Shown here: one piece after another, positions 39,288-51,779 of the stretch
Position numbering within the stretch: position 1 is the first letter of the stretch
How the letters are laid out: the number at the start of each line of letters is the position of its first letter
Assembly: GCF_018350175.1 (NCBI RefSeq)
Contig: NC_058368.1
Span: 116,376,001 to 116,436,000 of the forward strand
Origin: Felis catus
Taxonomy: Eukaryota
DNA length: 60,000 nt
Direction of reading: 5' to 3'
Translations under genes and position numbers: made by a program
Notes under the pieces: model-generated
The model's database searches: none
What the model was told of the DNA's origin: nothing
Seen by the model: the letters and a program-made list of their open reading frames with translations, nothing else

Positions 39288-39634
39288 GTGGGTTAAGAAA
39301 TATATCTGTAATAATTTCTCTTTAATCTGTGTGATCAACTTCTTTACACGACCCTCCAAAGACACCAACCTGGTACTTTTCCATTTTAGACCTATCTTTG
39401 TAAAATTATTTATTCCTAGAGGTGTTTTGGAAGTGAATTTAACTAAGCCAGACAGCACTAATGCACAAAAGTGTGTTTTCCCCTCTTCTTTTTCGTTATT
39501 TGCAAAGGCAAAGAAATAAAATTGACATGATCTTTTATTTTAGAACTTTGATATCAAAACCACCCTGTGGGGGGAAAAAAATCATTAACAAATTAAATTA
39601 AATTAAAAAAAAAAAAAAAAAGAAACCACCCTGT

Positions 39635-39743
39635 GGGGGCACCTGGGTGACTCAGTTGGTAGAGCATGCAACGCTTGCTTTCCAGGTTGTGAGTTTAAGC
39701 CCCATGATGGGTGTAGAGACTGCTTTAAACAAATAAGCAAAAA
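39635..39743 (+). mobile_element. Short tRNA-like carnivore SINE
   Basis: ggggcacctgggtgactcagttggtagagcatgc...gggtgtagag. Confidence 0.85.
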
Positions 39744-42700
39744 CATACCCTGTGTTGTATCTTGGGTAGGAGACCTCTAAATAGAATTTCTTTGTAGACC
39801 TTAGAGATATTCACGTAAGATTATACGTTAAATTTTCCTGCTATTGATTTTCATATGTGGAAATCGTAATTCTAAATTACATGGCTTTCTCTTTATTTAT
39901 AATTATATTAGATCACTTTAATATTTGTAATTAAAAGGGATGTTCAGAGAAAACTACGCATTCCATGTTCTTGTATCTGGTCAGAAGATTCAAATTACCC
40001 TGAAGTTATCATCAACTGGATGATGATTTGGAGATTGGGATTTTCATATTTACTATCCTGATGAAAGCACACAGACAAAGACACCACACATACACACAGG
40101 AAAAGAGAAAAAGAAAGGCCTGATAGCCTTAAAGTATATGTTTCTGTTTATTGTTGTGTGGAAAATTACAACTAGATTTGAAATGAGGTGCACAAGTTTA
40201 CTTTCCCTTTCATTGTCCTTGCAGCAGTGGGAAAACAGTGCAATTAATCATTTACCTTCCTAAAGATGGCTGGTGAATGTATCACCTCCATGAGAGCCCA
40301 GTTCAGAAATGCAGCCAGAATGGCTGTTGACAGTGGATGAAGACCAAGAACTAAGATGTAGCTGGAGTGATATTCAAAGGCAGGCCAGTCCTCTGTCTCT
40401 TGATTGCAACATTTTTTTCCTTACTGTTGTCTGTTTCCTCTTGTCATATTCTCCTCCCCTCTTCCCATCCCAATTATGCTATCCCAGTTTCCTTTCTTCT
40501 TTTGTGAGCTTTTAGCCTTCCTAATCTTTGCTGAATCTTTAAAAATGTGGAATAAGCTTACTTAAATCAGGAATTATATTGGGCTTGTATATAACTTGTA
40601 ATGGTTATAGAACTGTGATACTGCCTATGAGTTTCCTCTGATACGTAATTAGTATCACTGTGCAGAAGAGGAATATCTTAGTTTCCTAGAAAGAGAATAA
40701 AAATGCTGGGAAAGGTTTTAAGAAGTTAGATTCTTTATTCTTTAATTTGGGTTTTTTATACCTGCAGCCAACAGTCGCTTAACTCAAATGAACTTTTTGT
40801 CATTAGCATTGAGAGTTGTTATAAATTATGAATAAACTCTTAAGAGTTCATTTATAGTTCTAATTTCTAATCTAATATAAGCAGATATTTGAGTGTCAAG
40901 TACAAATATGAATAATAATAATGAAACCAATCATATGGGAATAAAATTTTTAAGACTTAGGATTCTATAAGTAGCATTATAATGTTTGTAATTACATACT
41001 CAGTTTGCAGTTATGAAACCCACATTACTGCTCAATCTAGCTTTGTTGTAACTTAGAACCTGTCTTTTTTTTTTTTTTTAAATAAAGTAGAAACAGTTCT
41101 AAAAGGAACTTGAAGATATTAACTTTATGGTAGTATTTATGGGTGGTTCTTGTATGGGAGGTGAAATTTTATTTCATTCAACTATTTGTTAAATTGAATT
41201 GGTCTTTTATAAAGTTCAAAATATTTGTTTAGAAACACCTTTTATTTATACATGTTAATATAAACTATGAAAATTTAATTTCTGTTAGACATTAGTCTAG
41301 TGATAGTTGGCCTATCATTTTGTACGATATTCTTTTATTAACAAGCTTTCACATATAAATCAACCAATAAATACAAAAGTTATCTTCATATAAATATTTT
41401 CTATTTTTATGAAGGTTATCTGTTTTAAAATATATAGCAACAATTAAATTTCCTTTTTCAGTATGACAAACTTTCTCACTTAAAGTTAAAAAATGTTATT
41501 AAGTCCCGGTTTCTTTTAATTTTCTTTATTGAAGGTGAAAGAAATCAGACAAGGGTGGATTAGGTGAATACCTAATTCTACGATTGCATGCTATATTAGT
41601 ATATTAATAATAATTATAGATCAGGCCAAAGATGTAATTAATTTTACCCAAATTAAATCTAGTTCTCATCCCTTGTATTTAATAAAGGAGAGAATACTGT
41701 ATATCTTACAGTTTTACTTTAGAGAATATCCATTAAATAATAGCAATAAATTTTGCTCTTTAAATATAGGAGTATTTTTTTCTTTATTGCCTGTATGGCA
41801 AAATATTTTCATGTAAATGAGTTGGTTAGATAAGTAATTTAGTAAGACGGTGACTTGATTGACTTAGTATTTTAGTGTATAGTCTTATATGTGTCATACT
41901 TGATATAGTCCCAGACAGAATGTATGTAAACTCTTGATTGGGAGCATGGTTCTTCAGGTCCTTTCCTTGTAAAAATAAGTGTTGGGCTTTTAGAAGTTAT
42001 CATAATGACAAGTGATTCTCAGTTCAAATGTATAGAACTAAGATTTGGAAATCTAAAATTCAAAATTAGCTTTGACAATTGAGCATTTCTAGAAACATCT
42101 AGCAAAAATTTTATCATTAATATATAAAGATCAATTAAAAATCAAGTAATATCAATTTATTCACATTTATTGAGCACTTACCATGTACTAAGCTCTGTGC
42201 TCAATGCTTTATGTACATTATCTCATGGCTATTTATAATAATCTTATAAAATAGGTCCTTTTCCCACGTCTGTTTTTCTGTTGAAAAACTAAGACATACG
42301 GATATTAAGTTACTACTAGGTGCCAAGATTTAAACTCAGTTCAGCCATGTTTAAAAACCTTAAGTGTGATATGCATGCATCTGATTCATCTTGAAGTTCT
42401 GGATTTATCTTAAAGATATTTGTTATTCCCTTGGACTTCTAAAAAAATGAACAGTTTCCCTTATTTTTATATAAAGATTTTATATATATGTAAGTTTTAT
42501 ATAGTTTTGTGGCTAGCGCATTGTTAGTGTTGTTGGCACCTTAATAGGTTCTCTTAAAACAAATTCTCGTTCAAAAGTGTACTTAGGAAATCCTCTTATT
42601 TTTGAGAGAATTTGCAATAAAATATCTTTAAATAATTTCTTCTAATGTTAATATTTTACTTATAGGCTTTTATTTATTTGTATATATTTACTAAAGTTAC

Positions 42701-44579
42701 TATTATATAAAACAGATTATGGTAATTTAATTTTCTAAACTCTCACAGCATAGTTTATGTACCCGTAGTATCTGAGATTTTTATATAGTAAAGTTTATTA
42801 TTGTCTTCCATATTGCCTACAAAACCATGTTAAATTTCATAAAGAATTAAGTAGAATATTGCAGTTAGTTCTTCTATCACCCCATTTTAGGATAGTGCAT
42901 AAATTTAATTTGAATTGTATAGTGACTTTTGTGGCAGCAATCTGTATTAGTCATTTTCAGAGACATTTCATTCAGAGGTAGGAAACGTTTTAGGGTTTAT
43001 GAAAATGTAATAGTCCTGGTGTAATTTTATGTTAATAAAACCTTTATTCCACATGTACCTTTTTAAATCTTGCTACTTTCTAGTCTTCATTACTTTTCGT
43101 ATGTAATTAACCCTATTAAAGTCACTTTTGTGGAATGTTTCTGATTGTCATTATTGCAAAGAGGAAAAAATGTTTCTAGGATAATATTGTACAAAAATGT
43201 ATGATAGCTGATATAACAACACATTTTTGGTAATAGAGCTGTTAAATGCACAAAAGTATTTTTTAAAAACCATCTCTGTGAAGAAGTCTTTTTTGTATCA
43301 CATCTGACATAGTGCTCTAATCAGTTATTTAAAAAATTTAAGTATCTGTTTTTCATAATAACAAAAGGAGATAACATGGATAGACAACATTAATAATGAT
43401 TAAAAAAAAGTAGTTATGTTAGTAAGGTATATGTGGATAATTATGAGACTACTGTTAAAAGCTTATTATTACAGAGAAGCTACATATTACTCTTTAGTGT
43501 CTTATTTTCTAGAGCTGTTTTCCAAACGTATCTGCTATTTTGTGGAGGTATAGCAAAATACTATCTGCTTTTAATTCGTTGATGACAAAACATTTTTTTA
43601 TTAAACTTTGTTTCCATTGTGCACATTCTTATATGTGAAACAAAAATACATAATAATTCTTCCTATTCGTAACCATGATAGAAACTATAGAAATTCATAT
43701 GACCAAGACAATTTTATATATATTGGTGGGTAGAAGAGCGGGACAGATCATGTAGAAATATATCCGAACATCTTAGGTTTGCAAGTTATTTAAGAAGTAG
43801 TATACTAAACTTAGTCATTTTTTCTTGTGAATGGTATCCTTGATTGGGATCCAGTCATATCAAAATTCTAGAGACTAAACATTCTCCAGCATGTGAAATG
43901 ATTACATTTTCTGTTGAGACCTGTGTTTTTGATTTTTGGTCTAGGTAAGAGAAGGTTATTGTTATCACTGAAGCTTTGTCTTTTTTTTTTTTTTTTTCAT
44001 ATTATTAATGGTTATATGTTTTTTTCTGAGTATTTTCTTGAGTAGTAATGTTTATATTTTTCAATACAGTGAACTATAGTACTGAAAGTCCTATAAAATA
44101 TCTGATACTTACATTTATTGAGCACTTAACATGTGCCAAACACCGTGTGTTTTAAATGTTTTTTGTTCGTTACCTAGCAGACAACTCATAACATCCCTCT
44201 GAATAGGTCCCATTTCTCCCTCTGTGGGGTTAACATTGTCTCTTAAGAAACATAAGCAATATGCAGAGACATAAAGATAGAATGTAAGTTAACTCAGTTT
44301 TCAAACACCAGACTGATATCTCTAATAAAAGTTCCAATGTTCATTTTAAGAATAGTTTTATTTTCAGACATTGATGCATTTTAGCAAATTTTCAAAGTAA
44401 ATATTGAATTTTAAAACATATTCTCTGCTATTTATGTGAGAAATATTTTAATATATTCTCTCCCCCCCCCCTTTTTTTGTATTGTCTTTAGGATGTTTTT
44501 ATCTAATTACCTTTTACAAACTAAGATACAAAATTTATTATTTATTGGAAACTACTTTTTCCCTATTGACAGCATAAAA

Positions 44580-44830
44580 GGCTATCATTTGTCGTATATT
44601 CACTAAATAATGGGCACCATGCTAATAAGTACTTTACCTGCATCATCTCAAGTGGTGTTTCCAACAATATTTCAAGGCAGGTACTATTATTATCATCCTC
44701 ATTTTACATATGAGGAAAATTGAGACTCTCCGAGGTTAAATTACTTGCCCGAAATCAGAAAGTGGTGGAACTAGGATTTAAGCATAGGTCCGTTTGACTC
44801 CAAAGCTTGTGATTTGACTACTACATTATA
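44580..44830 (+). mobile_element. MIR element (weaker MIR remnants at about 42165-42345 and 44110-44300)
   Basis: Core motif aggtactattattatcatcctcattttacatatgaggaaaattgag...gaggttaaattacttgccc. Confidence 0.85.
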
Positions 44831-44926
44831 TTCCTGCTATAAAATTTTCTGTTTTTTGTGTTTTTCTGTATACAAATGACTTCATTCTTTCAAGTAGCAT
44901 TCAGCAATGTGAATATTGTTTTTCAG

Positions 44927-45072
44927 CTGTGAGTAGCAGAGTGCCCACTGGTTCAAACAGTTCCTCTCAGACCACAGAATGTCTTACACCTGAACCCTGT
45001 TCACAGTCTCCAAGCAATGTGGCTTCCCAGTGTATGCCCCCTGTGTATCCTTCAGTTGACATTGATGCACAT
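44927..45072 (+). CDS. ANKHD1: ANKHD1 coding exon, Ser/Pro-rich linker
   Basis: tttttcag| (A)VSSRVPTGSNSSSQTTECLTPEPCSQSPSNVASQCMPPVYPSVDIDAH |gtgagt; 146 nt, phase 1 to 0. Confidence 0.96.
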
Positions 45073-45222
45073 GTGAGTAGATTGCTTTATTTAAACTTAT
45101 TTTGCAACTTCTGATTTTCTTTAGAAAAGAAAATTATTGTACATTCATTGTACAAATAAGAATTATTTGCCCTTCAATTGATAATCCCGTTGTAAACAAA
45201 AACCAACCTTTTTTCCTTTTAG

Positions 45223-45334
45223 ACTGAGAGCAATCATGACACAGCATTGACATTAGCTTGTGCAGGTGGCCACGAAGAACTTGTGTCTGTACTCATTGCA
45301 CGAGATGCTAAAATTGAGCACAGAGACAAAAAAG
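45223..45334 (+). CDS. ANKHD1: ANKHD1 coding exon, second ankyrin cluster
   Basis: ccttttag| TESNHDTALTLACAGGHEELVSVLIARDAKIEHRDKK+G |gtaaga; 112 nt. Confidence 0.97.
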
Positions 45335-45415
45335 GTAAGACATGTCAGTCAGAAGTAAAGCCTAAGAGTTTTTTCGTGTGTGTTTTTGTGTGTGTGTGCC
45401 TGTTTAGAAGATAAT

Positions 45416-46700
45416 TGTTATTTTTTTAATATTTATTTTTGAGAGAGAGAATGGGAGCGAGCAGGGGAGGGGCAGAGAGAGAGAGAGAGAGGGAAAGAAG
45501 ATCTGAAGCAGGCCTCATGGCTGATATTAGCGAGCCTGATATGGGGCCCAGACTCACAAACCTTGAGAACATGACCTGCGCCAAAGTTGGACGCTTAGCT
45601 GACTGAGCCACCCAGGCGCCCCCAAAACAATTATTTTTTTATTATCAATAAGTAGTTCCTAAACTATCTCAGTGAAAAGATGGAGAAGCAGGGGTACCTG
45701 GGCAGCAGCTCAGTCTGTTAAGTGTCTGACTCTTGATTTCAGCTTAGGTCATGATCTCATGGTTTGTGGGTTCGAGTCCTGCATCGGACTCTGGTCTGAC
45801 AGTGTGAAGCCTGCTTGGGATTGTCTCTCTCTCCCTCTTTCTCTCTGCCCCTCCTGCTCTTGCACGTGTGTGTGTGCGCATGCACGTGCGTGCGCCCACT
45901 CTCTCTCTCTCTGAAAATAAATAAATTTTTAAAAGGTGGATATGCATATTTCAATTAGGAATATCCAGATTTGTTCATTTACAGAGCCAAATTATTCTCA
46001 AAAATTTTTTTAAATTAAGACTGTATATCATGAGTGAAATACAGCAAGTTGTGGTTGCCTTTTTTTTTTTTTGTAATTTTTTTTTAATGTTTATTTATTT
46101 TTGAGAGAGAGAGACAGAGCACAAGCGGGGGAGGGGCAGAGGGAGGGGGAGACACAGAATCTGAAGCAGCTCCGGGCTCTGAGCTGTCAGCACAGAGCCC
46201 GACGCAGGGCTCAAACTCACAAACCGTGAGATCATGACCTGAGCCGAAGTCGGACGCTCAACCGACTGAGCCACCCAGGCACCCCATGGTTGCCTTTCTT
46301 CTTAATCCAAAAGTATAACATCCAGAGCTCATTATGAGTATAAACTTTAGTAGTTTTGTTTGACTTAGCATTTAGTTTTTATCAGGTATTTTGGGGGTTT
46401 TGTCACTAACAAATGAGAGCTTAGAGCAGTTTGTTAAATGGTTATAATTATCTACCTTAATGACCTTATTCTATTAAAATAATAGAAAAGTGAGGGGCCC
46501 CTGGGTGGCTCAGTTGGTTAAGTGTCCGACTCTTGGTTTTGGCTCATGTCATGATCCCACCGTTCATGAGTTCAAACTCGGCATTGGGCTCTGCACTAAC
46601 AGCCAGGAGCCTGCTTGGGATTTTCTCTCTTTCCCTCTCCCTCTGCCCCTCCCCTACTCACTCTCTCTCTCTCTCAAATAAATAAATAAACTTAACAAAA
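45416..46700. mobile_element. Four CAN-SINEs in alternating orientation (- 45416-45623, + 45690-45925, - 46059-46285, + 46494-46700)
   Basis: Heads and tails visible in one 1.44-kb intron. Confidence 0.92.
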
Positions 46701-46774
46701 TTTTTAATAGAAAATTGAAAACAATGGTTCAATAAGCAAAAAACACAAATTTGACATTTTTATTTCTCCTTTAG

Positions 46775-46920
46775 GTTTCACACCACTGATCCTGGCAGCA
46801 ACAGCAGGGCATGTTGGAGTTGTTGAAATCCTTTTGGATAAAGGTGGCGATATAGAAGCACAATCTGAACGAACTAAGGATACTCCACTTTCATTAGCAT
46901 GTTCTGGTGGACGTCAGGAG
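46775..46920 (+). CDS. ANKHD1: ANKHD1 coding exon, ankyrin repeat
   Basis: cctttag| (G)FTPLILAATAGHVGVVEILLDKGGDIEAQSERTKDTPLSLACSGGRQE |gtgtgt; 146 nt. Confidence 0.97.
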
Positions 46921-47437
46921 GTGTGTTAATATTAATTTTCGCTTTGTAACCATTATGCTCATATTTTAAATATGCATATACTAAGTAATTTAGCTACATG
47001 AATAAAACTTGCCTGTGTTTTGACATGTTCCATATACTAAGTTTAATGGGAGTAGTGAATCACCTTTCATAGAATCTGTTTCTTGCCATTTAGGCAAAAA
47101 AATTTCTGTTTATCCTTACATTTATTGGGGGCTGAATGAACCATAACCCTAACACATATGAAATGCAAATTCGTCACTCAACAATTGACGAGTAGGAAGA
47201 GTAACATTTTAAAAACAAAAAAAGAGAGAGTAATATCTTGTTATTGTAATATAATTGGGATTTCAAAGCTCCAAATTCCTGATACGAAGTTTAATCCATT
47301 TCTCCAGTTGCTGATACTTGAATATCTAGGGCATAATTAAAATGCCAGATACTCAGGCAAGGAAGTTACAGGTTCCATTTCTCTGTGCTTCCTTCATTAT
47401 AAGTTGAACACTTGTTTTTTTATATTTTACTTTGTAG

Positions 47438-47580
47438 GTGGTAGACTTGCTGCTGGCTCGAGGTGCAAATAAAGAACACAGGAACGTGTCTGATTATACA
47501 CCACTGAGTCTAGCTGCATCTGGAGGATATGTTAATATCATTAAGATTCTACTTAATGCTGGGGCGGAGATTAATTCAAG
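47438..47580 (+). CDS. ANKHD1: ANKHD1 coding exon, ankyrin repeat
   Basis: tttgtag| VVDLLLARGANKEHRNVSDYTPLSLAASGGYVNIIKILLNAGAEINS+AG |gtatgt; 143 nt, phase 0 to 2. Confidence 0.97.
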
Positions 47581-47914
47581 GTATGTATCTTCATTTTATT
47601 ATTCATGATTAGTACATTACTACATTGGGGTTAAATGTCTTCCTCTATATATCTGGACAGATACCACTTTTAATTAAGATAGTATTAAAATCAAGTATAC
47701 TTTAACTAAAAGTGAAAATTTTTTTTAAAGATTGTATTAAAGTTACAAGACCAACAATTATTCCTGTAATGTGCTTATAAGTAATCACAGCTTACTTCAA
47801 AATGCTAACATGGCTATTTTTAGAGAGGTGTCATCTCGGAAAGTACTTCATTATGTGTAGTTGGAAATTTATAACCTCTAAATAGGGGTTATCTTTTACA
47901 TTGTGTAATTTTCC

Positions 47915-48073
47915 GGGGTGCCTGGGTGGTTCAGTCAGTTAAAGCATCTGACTCTTGATCTCAGCTCAGGTCATGATCTCATGGTTCATGAGTTTGAGCC
48001 CTGCATTGGGTTCTATGCTGATAGCATGGATCCTGCTTGGGATTCTCTCTCTTCTTCTCTCTCACACACACTC

Positions 48074-48130
<57 letters not shown>

Positions 48131-48180
48131 GCCCTCACCCCCATGCTGTCACTCTCTCAAAATAAATAAACAATAAATAA
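47915..48180 (+). mobile_element. CAN-SINE with long (CT)n
   Basis: SINE consensus motifs. Confidence 0.92.
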
Positions 48181-48366
48181 TATTAATCTATAGATAAATA
48201 GTTAGATTTTCCTATTCCTAATTAGTAGTCTACACAAATAAAATTTACACTGGTGTTAGAAACCTTTCTTTTTACTGAATCATTTTCATCTTTTATATTC
48301 TCTATGCTTTTTAAAATGCAATAGGCAACATATTACCTAATTTTCTAAGCACATTTCTCCCTTTAG

Positions 48367-48580
48367 GACTGGGAGTAAACTGGGTATTTCTCCCCTGATG
48401 TTGGCTGCCATGAATGGACACGTTCCTGCAGTGAAACTGCTGCTTGATATGGGTTCAGACATTAATGCCCAAATAGAGACCAATCGGAACACGGCTCTTA
48501 CTTTGGCCTGTTTTCAAGGCCGAGCAGAAGTCGTGAGTTTGCTTCTGGACCGAAAAGCCAATGTTGAACATAGGGCAAAG
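48367..48580 (+). CDS. ANKHD1: ANKHD1 coding exon, ankyrin repeats
   Basis: cctttag| (R)TGSKLGISPLMLAAMNGHVPAVKLLLDMGSDINAQIETNRNTALTLACFQGRAEVVSLLLDRKANVEHRAK |gtaaga; 214 nt. Confidence 0.97.
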
Positions 48581-48644
48581 GTAAGAACTTTATAACTTGT
48601 CAACTACTTCTAGTATATTTCTAGTGTAAAAAGTGTGGCATTTT

Positions 48645-49124
48645 GGGGCACTGGACTGGCTCAGTTGGTGTAGTGTGGGACTCTTGATTTTGGAGCTCTG
48701 AGTTCAAGCCCCACATTGGGTGTAGAGATTACTTAAAAATAAAGTCTTAAAAAAATATATCACTTTTCAACTCAAATTGAATGTGCTATTTTAAATTGTT
48801 GTAAGTTAAAACTGACAACCCAAAGCAGGACCAGAGAACTGTGCTATATACAGTGGTCAGTGGCACAATATCATCATTTGTGACTTTCGTTAAGAACAAT
48901 GAAGAAAGTAGAATCGGCACATTTTCCAACCTCAACCTTGAGTAGCTCTCTATGAATCTTTGAGTTTGCACTTTTGACTGTAATAAGATTTTGTGTTAAG
49001 ATTATTTTGTAGAGTTCTTTTTTTTTAATTTCTTAGGTAAGTTCTACTCCCAACATTAGGCTTGAACCCACGACCCTGAGATCAAGAGTTGTATTTTCTA
49101 TCAACTAAGCCAGCCAGGTGTCCC
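48645..49124. mobile_element. Two short tRNA-like SINEs (+ 48645-48756, - 49018-49124)
   Basis: gactcttgat...gagttcaagccccac motif on opposite strands. Confidence 0.8.
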
Positions 49125-49812
49125 ATATAGAGTCCTTTAATGTAGATTTTTAAAGAACTGCGTGGATTATAAAATTAAGACAGCTAAAATCTAATCTGAT
49201 CGTGACAGATTCTGACAATTTCATGAGTGTTTGGCATTTAGAAAGGAGTTAGTATCTTGGCGTTTTTAATTGTTATGCTTGGAATTATTAGGAACTTACA
49301 ACCCTAGAAAAGCGTAGCTTATATAGAATTCATTATAATCACACAATGAATGGCCAAATTTTTAGTCATTTCATATTTGAAAGATCTGAATGAAATTCTC
49401 ATATTTTCTCTCTGAACTGCATTAGTTATGTTTCTTAAAATTCAATGCAACATTTACATTTTTTTAATCTATGAAATTAGGGAGTGTAGTTTTCCTTAAA
49501 TTTTTCATAGCACAAAGAAAAATGAGCCTTTCCCGCTATCCAGTTTATCTTTTTGTATTATGCGTATTTAGTGTGGCCCAATTATCTATTAGATGTCCTA
49601 GAGAAACCCGTATTACTTTGGAAATGATACCAGTAGGAAATGTCTCTTGGCAAATATTTTGAAAACTAATGAGCAAAAGACACCTATGCATAAAATTTAA
49701 GAAGTGCTATTTTAATCTACTTTTCCCAAGTTTGAATAGGATTAAAGGAATTTATCCAGAGTTATTTAGCAAACTAACATTCTCAGTTAGATATTTTAAA
49801 CAAAAATTTCCC

Positions 49813-50022
49813 AGGGTGCCTGGGTGGCTCAGAGTGTTAAGTGTCTGACTTTGGCTCAGGTCATGATCTCACAGTTCATGAGTTAGAACCCTGCGTCAGG
49901 CCCTGTGCCGACAGCTCAGAGTCTGGAGCCTGGTTCAAATTCTGTGTCTCCCTCTCTCTCTGCCCCTCCCCCACTCACATTCTGTCTTTCTCAAAAATAA
50001 AAAAATTAAAAAAAACATTAAA
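49813..50022 (+). mobile_element. CAN-SINE
   Basis: SINE consensus motifs. Confidence 0.9.
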
Positions 50023-50366
50023 CAGAATTTTCCCATTGAACAGTGATGTGCCTTATTTAATTTTCTTTTTATTCATTTTTCATTATCTGTATTCATTGTG
50101 CAGAGAAGTTACTGTCTCATGTATAAATTTATAACAGTATAGAAGTTGCGAAATTGTTTTTTTATGAGTTGGGATGAGTGAGTTCGTTCCAGCATGTCTA
50201 ACTCAATTCAACAATTTTCATTTGTTGTTTAGTGAAATTGAAGGCTGAATACTGCTTACTTCTTTTATGAGAGAAAATCAGAAATAGAATCCACTTATAA
50301 GTCAGTTGTTTTAGTCTGTTAAGATAATTGTATTCATTTGCTTGTATAAATTTTTGTTTTAAACAG

Positions 50367-50542
50367 ACTGGTCTTACCCCCTTGATGGAAGCTGCTTCTG
50401 GAGGATATGCAGAGGTTGGAAGAGTTCTCCTTGATAAAGGAGCAGATGTCAATGCCCCCCCTGTGCCTTCCTCAAGAGATACTGCTCTCACAATAGCAGC
50501 AGACAAAGGTCACTACAAATTTTGTGAGCTCCTGATTAATAG
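50367..50542 (+). CDS. ANKHD1: ANKHD1 coding exon, ankyrin repeats
   Basis: ttaaacag| TGLTPLMEAASGGYAEVGRVLLDKGADVNAPPVPSSRDTALTIAADKGHYKFCELLIN+AG |gtgggt; 176 nt. Confidence 0.97.
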
Positions 50543-50839
50543 GTGGGTAAATTTTATATTTACATATAGAAGTTTTTGTGATCCTTTTTACTTTTCAGCA
50601 CCTTTACAATTAATCAGATTGTTTTTACTTTATTGGCATTTTAAAGAATGGATTATTTGTATGCTATTTTATAGAAGATAAAAGAAAAATAGAGGAAATA
50701 GAAAGTCACCCTCTTCTCATAGGATACAAACTATACTAACAAACTATACTATTCTTTATTACTTTGTTACTTTGTATTCTTTATTACTTTATTCTTTGTT
50801 ACTAATAGTAACAAACTATACTATTCTTTGACTTTATAG

Positions 50840-51002
50840 GGGAGCCCATATTGATGTTCGAAACAAGAAGGGAAACACACCACTTTGGCTGGCCTCCAAT
50901 GGTGGTCACTTTGATGTGGTGCAATTGCTAGTGCAAGCAGGTGCCGATGTGGATGCAGCAGATAACCGGAAGATCACACCTCTTATGTCAGCGTTTCGCA
51001 AG
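50840..51002 (+). CDS. ANKHD1: ANKHD1 coding exon, ankyrin repeats
   Basis: ctttatag| (R)GAHIDVRNKKGNTPLWLASNGGHFDVVQLLVQAGADVDAADNRKITPLMSAFRK |gtaatt; 163 nt. Confidence 0.97.
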
Positions 51003-51369
51003 GTAATTTAATGTGGGGGAAGAAAGCTAAATGCAATCATTTTTAACTAGTTCTAAGTTGAAACCATGTGAGAAAAATGAATTGCTCTTGGAGAATAGAC
51101 TGCATTTCCATACATAAATCACTGCTATCTTTCCACTCTCTTTGTGGCCAAATCTAAGAGCTACGGTGGTAGCTCGCCATAAGCAACTTTGTTTGTAAAG
51201 CACTTGGCATCTTGACTAGTTTTGTCATGTTGTATGCAAAACACGAGATTTAAGTATGTGGGTGAATGTCTTCTCTACCTAAAAAGGAACAAAAAGGAAT
51301 AGTCTCTTTCATAAAAACTTACTGTGTCTCATATGTATGTTAAAGCTTGCTTGTCTGCTGTATTTTTAA

Positions 51370-51735
51370 AAGCTTTCCCACTACAATTATGATAAAGTAT
51401 AAACCACTTACCATGGCTTACAAAGCCCTGCAGGATGTGGTTCATGCCCACATCCCCATACTAGTCATTTATGCTACCCTTCACCTTTGCTCACTACACT
51501 TTAGCTGCTGGCCTAGAATGCACTATATTTTTAACTGCCAGAGGGCCTTTGCTATGAGTTTTCTCTCCCTTGCTCTTCACTGGCTCACTTCTGCTCATCT
51601 TTTAGCTCCAATTTTATTTTATTTTATTTTATTTTATTTTATTTTATTTTATTTTATTTTAATCTTATTTTTTAAAGCTAATTCATTTATCTTGAGAGAG
51701 AGAGAGTACACGTGCATGAGTGCAAATGGGGGAAG

Positions 51736-51779
<44 letters not shown>

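Noticed and set aside
38495..39325. 276-aa ORF as a standalone gene
   Set aside because: It is the 759-nt ANKHD1 exon plus short in-frame intronic extensions.
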